Notes under the pieces: model-generated
Seen by the model: only the letters and a program-made list of their open reading frames with translations
Databases searched by the model: none
Told to the model about the DNA's origin: nothing
Origin: Phoronis australis
Lineage: Eukaryota; Animalia; Phoronida
Assembly: GCA_002633005.1 (NCBI GenBank)
Contig: NMRA01000026.1
Span: 152,395-191,227, forward strand
Length of the DNA stretch: 38,833 bases
Direction of reading: 5' to 3'
Shown here: positions 1 to 11,989 of the stretch, in pieces
Position numbering within the stretch: position 1 is the stretch's first letter
How the letters are laid out: each line of letters opens with the position of its first letter
Made by a program: the position numbers and the translations under genes

Positions 1-1639
1 TTAACACTAACTTAACATTCAACTATGAGTGAGTTGGCATGCAACTTTTTCAGACGGACTTATCAGGCACTGATCCACCACCAGCCTAACAAATTTACAT
101 GCCGTCTGATCTGTAGCCTAATAATGTTGATCGTCTAATAATTAGATCAGTTGACGCAACTGAAAATAAATCAGCTGATATACCAGTGCAGTGATTGAAA
201 TTTAATTTTTCTAAATCAGATGCTCAAACCATAGTCAATCGATTTACACTTTAAGGTAATCGACGTTTGACGAAATGGACAGTGGCTTCCATCGTCCTCA
301 CATTTCGACGGCGACGATGGCCACTTAGGCACTTTAATTTAATTGCACCTACCTAAGTAATTAATGTTTACAAAAAATTGAGACTACGGCAGGGGATGAC
401 GGCCACTTGGGCATGTTGTTTGCAAACATCTACTCCATTTAACCTTCTCAAAGATTGTTGACTTAAAGTGCTTTAAAATCACACCCACAGTATCTAACGC
501 CATATGATTATTCCTTAGCGCAAGCAGTGTAGATGTGGCAACTGAATGGAGTGTTCGAAAACCAGGATTGCAGGAGTATTTGTTTAAACTGGGAACAAAT
601 GAAAACATTAACGACCTCCTCAGAGGCATCTCTCTACGCGGTATTTCTAAACTTATAGGAACATAATTTGCCGAAAAGTATCAGGCATATGGAATACCTA
701 TGGTATGATCATCGACTCTACTTGGTCAGCAGTATTGTCTAAGGCCGAGGCAGCCAAGGGGCTGAACAAGTTAAAAAACAACTGGTGATAATACTGAATT
801 ACACATGGAAAACACCAATATGTATATTTCAAAAACACGTACCTGTTTTTGAAAGCTATACTTCTTTCTCTTTCTTGAAATGTGGCCCATAATGTACTTT
901 TCCTGCTAATAAATGGTGCACTCATGTTTCAGAATGTTCCTATCTTCTTCAGGTTAATTGGGTGTTTCAGATTTTGGAAGTATGATTGATTTTCTTGGGA
1001 AATCTGGGATAACATCTGTATCACTTTCAGCAACTTCAGCTTTAGTACTACTGTTGGTGCCTTGAAACGTTGCTATGCCGTTCTATGTCCTTTCAATTTT
1101 CTGGTCTAACACTTGGTGTTCTAGTCTACAGCACTCAGCAGTATACAATGTAGGCTACCAGGACATGCAGCTGTTTTCTGCACAAACGTTTGTGACACCT
1201 CTTCTGCTTTTTGATCTACTGATCTACAGAGTTCCACATTCAATCAGATTTCGTCAGCAAGCTTTCCTAAGCTTCTTTAGGCTCTGACATCACAATGTTG
1301 TGCTGTTTGATAAACCTTGAATTATACAGGCATCACGCTCCATGGGAGCAGCCATATTGAAGTAACTAAGCACAATAATACAATCTGGCTCTCTGATTGG
1401 TCAATTCAATAGAAAAGCGTCATCAAGTGGCAGGAATGTGCATCATATTTTGTGCAACAAAAACACCTTTTTTCAAAAAATGTGCAAGTGTAGACGTGGG
1501 AACTTTTTGTAATTTGGTTTATAGGTATATTATCTGGGCACATAGAAAAAACTAGGTTGCCCCCCCAAAGTACTCACAAGGATGAACGCTACGAGATCTG
1601 GCCCACCGACTATATCTCCTCAGTCGTTATTCATGCGTT

Positions 1640-4600
1640 TGTGACAGAAGCGCCATCTAGTGATGGAGAGTTCAGTCAAGGCTGTGTCCGTTTCCAGAAG
1701 CCAGAGGAGGCATAGAACAGTTCTCACTGGGTTTTGCCCAGCAAAACCCACATCACTTGATTTGTCACCTTTTCTTCACTCTGTCAAAAACAGGATGCAA
1801 AGAATGACATGTTTTCAGTTATTTCACATAAAAAGCCCTGCAGATGAGCGCAAAAACTTTATTCTCTCTTGTAATTGGCCTTTCATTCCCACTGAAAACC
1901 AAGCTAGACTAAGAAAAATTGGGGCAAAAAGTGCAAAATCGGCACTTTTCACCCCAAAATCACAACTTCCCTGGCGATGCACGACTAAAACCAACAATAG
2001 ATTCTGAAAGAAAATGTCCTGCAGATTCCGAAAATGTGGTCCAAAAGTACTGTCAACCAACTAGTTTTTGGCACTTCTGGCTTGTTTGAGGGCTACCTAA
2101 AATCGCCGCCAATTTCTCAGTCGCTACCCAACAATGCACAATTGCAACAGGGGCCCGCCATCTTGAAGAAGAGTGCAGCTTCAGATGAGAAAGTGGCCTT
2201 TTTATTCTCAGCATGTTCACAAATGCAAACAAACCACATTCACTGAGCCTACATGCAATGCCCACCTACAAAATGCCCCCAAACTTGGCCTATCCCAAAA
2301 TTTTGATATTTTGGCAGTGCAAATTGGCCGCGGCCGCAGCCTAACTATTCAGTGCCACCAGAATGGTCCATTAAATTTTAAAGGGGCGTCCATTCGTGAA
2401 TCCCCACAAAGAGGATTTTGGTCGGTTTGGGGGTGAGAATATCTTCTGCACAGTAAAATGTGCATTTTAATGGAGTTGCCAACCCGAGGGTTGAGCGTAC
2501 AAAGAAAATTCCTACGGTAGACTTAGTAACTTCAATGTGTCTAAGGGATGGTGCCTCCTCATTTGGCATCATTTAACGTGAACGCACTCGATGGGCTCGA
2601 CCCTGAACAGGCTGCCAAGGTTAGGGCACTGATTTTGAATTTGGTTGATGTTTTTGAGGGTCCAAATGGAGAATTGTGTCTCACTGATAGAGTCCGACAT
2701 AAAATCCATACGGCAAACTGTCATCCCATTAAATGTACTCCGTGACGCATTCCTTCTCACAAAGTGAAACTGTGGATCAGGAGAATGAGAAAATTGTTTC
2801 TCTAAGTATCATTAATTATGGCTGCAGTCCTTTTGCATCTAGTAAATCTTTGGTTCCTAAAAAGGCAAATAGTTGTGGGTGAAAAGAATTGGACACTTTG
2901 ATGACGCGGTATTTAGAACAAATTTTCATTCGTTCACATAACTCTGGTTTTAGGCTGAAGCCTAACAAGTGCGAATTTAAGATTTAGGGCATGTGGTTTA
3001 AACAGAAAAGCTTGGGACCAAGCAGAAGTTGAAGTGGTTGAGTGTTGATCTCGTCCACTAGGTTTCACTGATGTATGGAGTTTTTTGAGTGCGCATCCTA
3101 CTATCGAGAGTTCATTTCCGAGTGTTCAAAGATCGCTGCTCGTTGACGCACTGACGAAGTAAAATCGTAAATTCACATTGAATGACATATGTGAGGATCC
3201 TTTTAATAGTTTGAAGAATGCGTTGACTAATCAACAAATTTTGTGATTTTGCGATAGGGATGGAGGTCAATTCATTTCAGACACAGACGCAAGTGCCTTT
3301 AGCATCTCAGGTGTTTTGTCTCAGGTACAGAATGGTGAAGAGAAAGCTCAGAGTAGGAGCCTACAGTGTATGCTAGCAAAACTTTGTCTAGGTCTCAGCA
3401 GTAATATTGTGCTACCTATCGTGAATTACTGGCCGTAGTGACGTTTGTAAAACATTTCTGTAGTTACTTGTGAGGTAGGAATGTTACTGTAAGATCAGAT
3501 TATACTTACAGTTGGTTACTGTTGACAGAATACATGTATCTTTGTTGTGCTCGTACAGTGGAGTTCTTTATTCCAACAGTTCTGCACATTATGGACAAGG
3601 ATCCCTCGGATATCTAACATGCAGTACCCAATGATTCTGCATGCACCATCGACTGTATACGAGGGTCACTCGGGTGATGAAAGAACCTCAAGAGAGGGTC
3701 GGGAGAATACTCCGCCGCCAGCAACTGTAAACACAATGACCAACAGGAGGGGCGGCGTTATTCGCCAGCCGTCGAAGTTCAGTTAGATGAACTCAATTAA
3801 TTGCAGGATTCTAGAGGATGGAACCATTGGCGATGTTTGAATGAGAAAACGTTTCACTGGGGACCTTCGGCGACGTACATTTATATTTAATAGTTCATTT
3901 ACGTTTGGTATGACTTTGTTTGTATATTCTGTAGTGTGAATGACGTAAGCGTTTGGTAACTTGCTATATGTTTTTCAAATTTTAGTTATTTTTATTTTCT
4001 CTCACGGTTTTAATCTTTGTACACAGTACATTAGATCCGATAGCAGGAGTGTGACGGGAAGCGCCATCTATTGATGAAGGTGTGAGTCGAGGCTATGTCC
4101 GCTTGCAGAAGCCAGAGTAGTCAATTATATTTTAAAGTGGTGTCTATTGGAGAATCCCTTCATGTGGTACATGTACTTGTACTTCCACTTACCATTTCGA
4201 ATGGATTTTACGTTTAATTTGAGATTCCTATTTCAGCATATTCGCAGTGCGCATTCTAGTATAAATATAGGCCCACTAGACACACTCAGGCTTTGAATTC
4301 TGCCGGTTTTCTGTCGTATCCGCAAGGAATTCCAACCAAACTAATAACTGTTTCTTATTTGGGTCGTTACATTCGGACTTCAGCATTTTCGCATATTTAT
4401 CTAGCTTAGCTATTTTTCTTGGATGATTTTGGTTATAGTGGAGATAACGACTTTAACTATTGGTGTGATGCAAGTTTGTAGATTGTATTTTATATTTAGC
4501 GAAAAGTAAACTAATTTTTTATATCTACTTCTCTCTTGTTTGACTCTCTATGAGTTGTTGCAATTGTTTTTTCGTGTGCGAGACGAACTCGCAACAAAGT

Positions 4601-4693
4601 AAACAACACTGCAATAATCTTTATCGGTTATGAACAGTCGAGCTTTAGATACTAAATAGATCGATGCTGGTCGCTCCACCGATTGCCGTTACA
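1640..4693 (+). mobile_element. Degenerate Ty3/Gypsy LTR retrotransposon (5' LTR stub 1640-1707, pol remnants about 2548-3505, full 3' LTR 4050-4693)
   Basis: Both LTRs begin TGTGAC..AAGCGCCATCTA..CAGAAGCCAGAG; 3' LTR ends CCGTTACA; flanks cgtt/tgtt look like a 4-bp TSD; pol remnants RVRHKIHT..PIK, GFRLKPNKCEF (RT), DTDAS and YCATYRELLAVVTFVKHF (RNase H), with stops and frameshifts. Confidence 0.88.
4050..4693 (+). repeat. 3' LTR of the Gypsy element
   Basis: TGTGACGG...CCGTTACA termini, TATAAATA at about 4260, short purine tract just upstream. Confidence 0.8.
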
Positions 4694-5318
4694 TGTTCAT
4701 GACGGAAACACACGAAGTAAGAAATACACAAACCAATCACTTTATTTAAAGAACGGATTCAGGCCGTCAGTCAGCCTGCTGCCCGAAGATTTTCTTTATT
4801 GGTGTGGATAATCGTCGCATGTTCTGCAGGAATACCATACAATGGCCACACTAGCTTCTGATCGGCTTACACTGAGATGGAGTGTTATGACAAGGAATAC
4901 AGACCTGAACACGATAATTCCGAGAAAATTTGCGTTTCTTTGATTAACGATGCCCTCGTTGTGCTGTCTAGCCATTGCTTGATAGACGCGTACCTACCGG
5001 ATTACGCAATTGCGGTTTGTCAGAAGCTGACTTTGGGATTGTTTAAATGATAGCCATGCTTTGAGATTTTGCGTGGATGACGAGAGAATGTATTAATTAA
5101 TGTATTGTATGGTAACCACTAATTAAAACAAGTGAAACCTGTTGTAAATTAAGAAAACTAACAACGAAGAAGAGTAACTGCTAGCGCCCTCTGTAAGGAT
5201 TACTTAATCAATCGACTATTGTGTAATCGAAGCTATCCAAGCTGTAGGACTCGAAACTGTGTGGATGAGTCCCGTTGGTGAATCTTCAAACTAACACACA
5301 TTGTATTGCGACAGTGCA

Positions 5319-5570
5319 CTTGCTGGTCACAGTCATTTCATGACGCAACACTTGCAGGCATTCTCTTCTAGCCATGGTTTCTCTTACTAGTCACAATCCC
5401 TCGTGACGCAGCGCTTGCAGGCAGTATCATTTATTCACGATTCCTCTTGCTGGTCACAGTCTCGCGTGACGCAACACTTGCAAGCAGTATCTTGCTATAC
5501 CCATGTTTCCTCTTGCTGGTCACAGCCTTTCGTGACGCAAAACTTGCTGACAGTGTCTTACTACCCACGA
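5319..5570. repeat. Minisatellite, four diverged units of about 64 bp
   Basis: Recurrent CTTGCTGGTCACAG..TGACGCAACACTTGCAGGCAGT. Confidence 0.85.
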
Positions 5571-8269
5571 TAGAAGTCAGAATCTCTTAGTTAACTTCCT
5601 TTTCGTTAACCCTTGCCCTTGCCATAAGCCTCCTTAGAATCTTCCACGAGATGGCTCTGTTGCACAATTTTTGCTTTGCAACGTAGCAAGTCTTCTAGCT
5701 TCAACTATGGAAGACATTTGATATACTCGTCAAACATAAACATGACTTTGACAACGAAACTATTCCGTCTTCAAAAAGACTTTTATTGTTTATTTGATTA
5801 CAGGTGCCAGTTAAGTGACAATGTAATTTTATACTTTTGCACGAGATGTTTCTGTCACGCGGCCGTACTGGAAAACTAAGTCTTTGACCCTTTTTGTGTA
5901 GTAGGCGAAGACCAAATAGAAAAAAGAAAAAACAAACGGATATTTAAAAAGAATTTATCGAAAAATTAAAACTGTATTGCGCCCCCTCAAATACAGTACG
6001 ATAACGTTTTACAATTTTCGGTCAAAATAGAATATTAACTTTCTGCAGGAAACAAGGGTGTACGAACTAAGAAGAAAGTGTAGAAGCTACGTTAATAGTG
6101 TACGGATTAGAAGAAAATAATAATACTCCTTCAGAGGACCATGTGAAAATTAATTGGAAGGTAAAAAATTGTTCTTCTTGAATGATACTGGGTGTGGTAA
6201 AAATAGAATGTGCTCCGGCGGTTACGGCACATGTATATTAATTGTGAACTCTAGTTTATTATCTCTGAGAAACTGTGATGTAGAAATTTAACTAAAAATC
6301 AACTATTCAATATAATTATAAACTGATTAGACATTGAGATAATTAAACTCGTCTTTGCCGTTACTCATATGTCTGTACCATCACCCAAAATTGTATCAGT
6401 AAAAATTATAAAAATTTAACGATAAAGACATATTAAAAGCCTCATCAATCAAAAATGGATTTCAAGTTTTTCATAGTGACATGTAATAAAAACGTAATAA
6501 ATAAGCATCCTCTTATGGTAAAAAATTAATTATTACCTATGCCATTGCATTCTTTGTATATTTAAGGTAACGGAGAAAAGAATAAGTGCGACGTGGGCAA
6601 TTTTGATATTTACCATTCAATAAAACAGAAAATGAAAAGTTTCTGCACAAGCAGACTGTACTTACATTCTGGTCTTTTCTTTGAACAGTGACCTGTGGTG
6701 CAAGTGCGACTGACTCGTAATTCAGAGAACAAGAAATGTTTAGGGTAGACATAACAAGCCATTTTTGAAAATTTTATTTAAAAAATAATAACATTCTCTT
6801 GATTGAAACGATACACTGTTTTGCAGTTTACTCTGTTACAACTAATTGTATTTCAAACTCTACTACTAAGTAACGGTAATGACATTAAAGACAGTGGACA
6901 AGGAAAATCCTTAGTACATAATTATATATTTTGACGACGAATGACAAATAAAATTCCAGACATACAGAGCGCTAGTTGGTACTTCAAAAACATATGCAGA
7001 ACATTTTACAGAGCTGGCCATGTCTTTACTGTTACTTGTCAATTCAGTCAACATTAGCGCCATACCACTGAAGCACTGCCGCTGCGTCAGTTTCTTGTTT
7101 CATGGAAAAAGTGTATCCATTCCGTGTCCTTACTTGTGATCTTTTAACCTTCAACTTACAAACTAAAATTGGCAGACCTCATTCAGACCACAGCCACAAA
7201 AACACAATAGTATTACAATGAAAATTGTTACTACGACATTCACGGCGACGACAACAACACAAAATCATAGTTACCTTTTTGTGTTCGCGCAGTTGGCGGG
7301 AGGGGTGGTGGGTGGGTGGGTGCTGTGGGTGGGGTTGCACATTTTCTCTCCTGCCCTAACCCTCACCTTTAAAAAGAACTACCCACACCTCAAATGGACA
7401 TGGCACGTTTTGCCGCTACAAAATCACCTCACTCCAGCCATTTACGTGAGCTTGAGCATTTCCTCAACGAAGGAAACCAAAGATAGACTTTGAGTGCAGT
7501 TGCAACGAATTCATGGAGACGGAAAGTGACATTTTCCCAATAATAAACCATCTTTACAATGAAACGATTTGTGAAGTGAATCTGCTTTACATCACGTCTT
7601 TGTGAAAACAGCACTACAATACAACGATTCATGACAAGTTTACTTGATCTTATTTACCCTCGGTCTCCGGCGGCAGCTGCTAAGGATTAGATTGTAACGT
7701 ACATGTAGGAAGCATAGTTCTCACAAAGCTTTGCCTGACAATACGAACATCGCTAGACTTTCTTCTCGTGTGAATAAAATGAAAAGTGTCACCTCAAAAT
7801 TGCAACACATGTCAACTGAAACGTTATTCAGTGTCATATTTTGGCTCTTTCCTGCACACCACAAAGGAATGCAATATTAGAAAATGAACGACAAAAATCA
7901 AACACTTCTCAGCAAAAGTCTGCCTTCATTACGCTGTTTTATTACAAAATGAAACACAAATCGCAGCCATGTCATTCCACCCCAGGAACGAAACAAACTA
8001 TGCCCGCATTCAGCTCGCGATGGCAAATTTAATTAGGAAAAATCGCATTACATGTTTTGTGCCTAACTCAGTGGCTCACACACGCATACATGTACACATC
8101 ATCGGAGTGACAAGCAAAGGCAGACTACAGGAAGAGAAATCCAGTAGAATATTCATTTGTTTCTAAAATCCAGAAAAGAACGGAAATGGCTGGTTCCACT
8201 TGTAGAGACTGTTTGACAAAGGTATGTAGGTAAGCCTTATACCTGCAGGGCCTGGTGCCTAATGGCAAA

Positions 8270-8840
8270 CTCGAACTCGACTCAAAGTCTCATTTTCAAG
8301 TCAACAAGAGTACAGACCCGACAAATGGGTTAAAAAAAACATTGCAGGTGGCCTGATGTCTTTTGCGTTGCATCAGACGTTCGCAGGCCACATGGTTGGG
8401 CCCATTGCACAAGCACCTGAGCAAAAGTACGAGAGCCCAATTATGGCTCTTCGTGAAGAAAGTTTTTAAGTCTGCCAGTCTCCTTTAGGAAGACGGGCAG
8501 ACGTTTCCATTTGTTGCCATGCACTATACGTTGTAGGCACGTAACAGTGCCATCCAGTGGGTTGTTCCTTAGCCTATAAAAAGCTGGGCAAGATTCAACC
8601 AGGTGTTTAAGAGATTCTACCTCAGTACCTCACTCGGACCACACTGGGCTCCCCATATGCCCAGTAATGTGTTTGTGTCGGGCTAGGTTACAGTGGCCCG
8701 TCAAAATTTGAATGACGTGTCTTATACGCAATCTATCTAGACTCAGAAGATCTTTTTGAACGTTTTGGTTCGATCACGTTGGGAAAATTCTCCTTGGTCT
8801 CTCTGCAGGAGTTAAGTGATGCCCACTGGACTGCTGACAA
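8270..8840 (-). mobile_element. 5'-truncated non-LTR retrotransposon (LOA/R1/Tad1-like ORF2 C-terminus plus 3'UTR)
   Basis: Minus-strand translation WASLNSCRETK.. then QILTGHCNLARHKHITGHMGSPVWSE*GTEVESLKHLVESCPAFYRLR..FLKETGRLK (decayed CCHC knuckle); stop at 8441-8443; short GAGT repeat tail near 8270-8285. Confidence 0.8.
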
Positions 8841-11790
8841 AGGCGTTACTAATAACTTAAAAAATAATTGCGGGCGATCTCGTACACGTTGAGCAAGACG
8901 TGAGCAGACTGCGCAAGTGGGCCCATTGCCCTGATCATCTGGAACCATCCTTCGTACGTTATTAGTTTTTACACTTGACTCGAAATTTATGTAAGGCACG
9001 TTCGTTATAGTTCATAACATTTCACCAATACCGCACTGACGCACTGTATCAGTTCCGCTTCTTTTAATCCGAACTCAGTCATACAATATACTAAAACACT
9101 TACATTCCTGGCTGAGGTCTGAGATCTGAGAAGTTTCCGTTCAAAAAGCCGACGATTACGCATTAGAGGGCGCACTTCGCGCAGAGATTGTTTATGCGTC
9201 CGCGTTCAACTTTTGTGAGACTGATTTCGTGTAAAAAGTGTGATGGGACTGAGAAACCAAGAGACAGAGAGAAAAAGAGTTAGCTGTAGAGTTGTGTTGT
9301 TATAATATTATGGCGTTTTGTTTCCCTTTAAAATTTTACATAAACAATCAATCAATTAATAATTATTTATTTTTGTGACCTGTATCAATTGCTACTCAGC
9401 CACAATTTGGGCTTATAAGTCACCATTTCAGAAGAAAACGTACAAGAATAAGCAACGCCTACGTGTATACAATGACAAAAAGGAAATCAGACCAACTTTT
9501 TTCGCCTAAGAAATGCTTTATTAATTAAACTGATGACATAAATGTTTGCGTTAGCGTCTATATAAGCACAATGTTTTACGATATTTTTGGATTGCTTTAT
9601 GTTGATGTGGCCTTGGGCGTTATTTTTTGAATATGGAAACTACGGCCGCCATTTTGCGAATCTTTATTTTGCTTATTACTTCATTATCAAGTACGCACGT
9701 ACATTGTTTTACTTGTAATTTATGTTTTGAGGTGACTACTTTTTAAATGAGGTGAATAAACCGAGAATTAAGTAAATCATTATTTAAAAATATTCTGCTT
9801 ACATCCGAGGTACATGTACCAAGTATTACTTATGGGATTGATATTGGCATCCATCTTTCTGTGGTCAATTCATTTAGTGAAATAACTTGTAAGGTTGTTA
9901 CATTAAGAATGTGAATAATTTATACAGATAATTGCCGCCATAAGTTTAAATTCTGTTTCTGCTCGTAATTTCTATACGGATAACTCCTTGTAAATCATTA
10001 TGACAATTGCACACATGTTTTCGTGGATAGCCATTTTATGAAATCAGTAGCGGGTCAATACATCATAATTTCCATAATTAGCACATTTTTGAGTGCTTCC
10101 CTTACAAACTTCATTCAAAAATATGCGATCAGGGTATGCCAGTTATTAAAACAATTACAAACACAAAGTGTGATAATGACACTATTTCAACAAAAGATAG
10201 TGTTTACAGCTGATAACGCAATGACATGTTATTGACTGGGGGAGATACCTCCATAATCGTGCCTCTAACTGTATCTCTTTTTCTGTGAAAGCGGCAGTTT
10301 TAACACTTGCTTTAAAGTTACTGGGTTTCAAGAATTCATATATTTTGATAGCCTGATTATAACACAATGTCATGTCTATAATATCTATAAATTTCTACAA
10401 AATACAGATATATCTTTTACCGTTATCTTCCTTATAGCTTTAATACAATAAAATTAGTCCTTTAAAATATATTCTACTCATATTTGCGATTTTCCACGGG
10501 TGATTAATCCATAGGCCTTTAACAAAATCCGTTTACGTTTTTTTAGTAATATGGTCCACAAACCCTACATTTTAAGCTGGGAGAGTGCATTTGGCGAAAT
10601 TATGGTTATTCCAGTGCCCTGCCCAATAACTCAAAATCCTAGATCCGCCTCTGTGATTTGACGTAGGTGACGTGGGAATGATTGAGGACTGATACCCTAG
10701 TCTTTATCAGAATCAGAAATGCTTATTGTATGCCGGTCTTGGCCGCATAATACAATTTACAGTACTCAACTTCACAAGGATAAGAAAGTTCATCTCTTAG
10801 CGCTGGTGCTTTTGGCATATAGAGTACCACTCTTTTCAAATCACAAACATGATAACTTCAAAATGAGGCAACAATTCTTAGGTTATCTTTGAAGTCTCAA
10901 GCCAGCTGCGATTGGGAGTAGAATACACTGAACTGTTCGTTTAATTGCAATTATCTGTTCGAGTTTAGACTCGAAATCTTAGGTTTGACACTGAGGTCAT
11001 CAAGTTAAAAATAGGATTACATAGACCCCCACATCAACCATACACATATACTCGAAAAAATAGACAGGAAAATGTTAAAAATATTTTAGGTTATCTTTTC
11101 AGTTAATAGATTTAAACTCAGTCAGTGTTTTATACGGCAAATCCACCTGTGTGAACATGTATTACGATGCATGTTTTCGGTATCAGACGGAAATACATGT
11201 ACACATTGCCTTTTAGATTTTGCTTGCTTCACACTCGGATTGTCGTGTATGAGTTCTCCTGCCTGGAACACTACCCCACCCATAGTAGAATCGAACTACC
11301 CGAGATTTTATATCGTTTTGTAGGGTCGTGAAAAAGACAATACTTTTGATTCACCCAAAATTATTGTGTCCCAATGTATAAGAGTGCGGTCTCTCCCTGC
11401 AATGTCGATGGTCTCGCCCAGAGTCACGGTCACACTTGTAGAAAGGGCAGCTGTTGTTTAAAGTGTCCAAACGTTTGATGGGTGTGGAGCGTTACAAATT
11501 ATAATTTGTGAAGTAGTTATGTCAATTATAATATGTGAAAATAAGATCACAAACGGTGACCTGCAACAGATGGATATTTTTTAATACTGCCAAATGTGAA
11601 AAAGGGTAAGTTTCTAACTTGTTGACTTTCTAAAAGCGCGTGTATCTTGTTTTCAAGGGGCACCTGTCAAACGAATGACATTTGAAACAACAATTTAATC
11701 GCAATTTTTAAATTGAATTCCAATGTCTTATAAAGGGAATAAAAGTAAAAGAAATTTTCGATTAATAATATTTGAGTGAACTTATTTCAG

Positions 11791-11989
11791 ACTCAGATGT
11801 GGTGCAGACGAAATCTACTCCTTCTGCTGACAGTCAGTGGTGTATTCATGGGCGTGGTGCTTGGGTTGTGTCTCCCATTGGTTGAACCGAGAAATGACGT
11901 GATCTTATTGGTTAGTTTTCCTGGGGAAATCTTCATGCGCGCACTTATGATGATCATGGTTCCGCTGATTGTCACTAGCGTTGTGTCAG
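11791..11989 (+). CDS. SLC1A: SLC1 coding exon 1 (TM1-TM2)
   Basis: ttatttcag acceptor; TQMWCRRNLLLLLTVSGVFMGVVLG..FPGEIFMRALMMIMVPLIVTSVVS; G|gtaag donor, phase 1; first ATG at 11797. Confidence 0.92.

Noticed and set aside
384-1287. Short ORFs at the window start
   Set aside because: No recognisable motif or consistent exon structure.
5247-5272. GGACTC-GAAAC..GATGAGTCC hairpin as a hammerhead
   Set aside because: No CUGA core and no room for stems I and III.
5319-5570. CRISPR-like repeat-spacer pattern
   Set aside because: The variable parts are homologous to each other; it is a diverged minisatellite.
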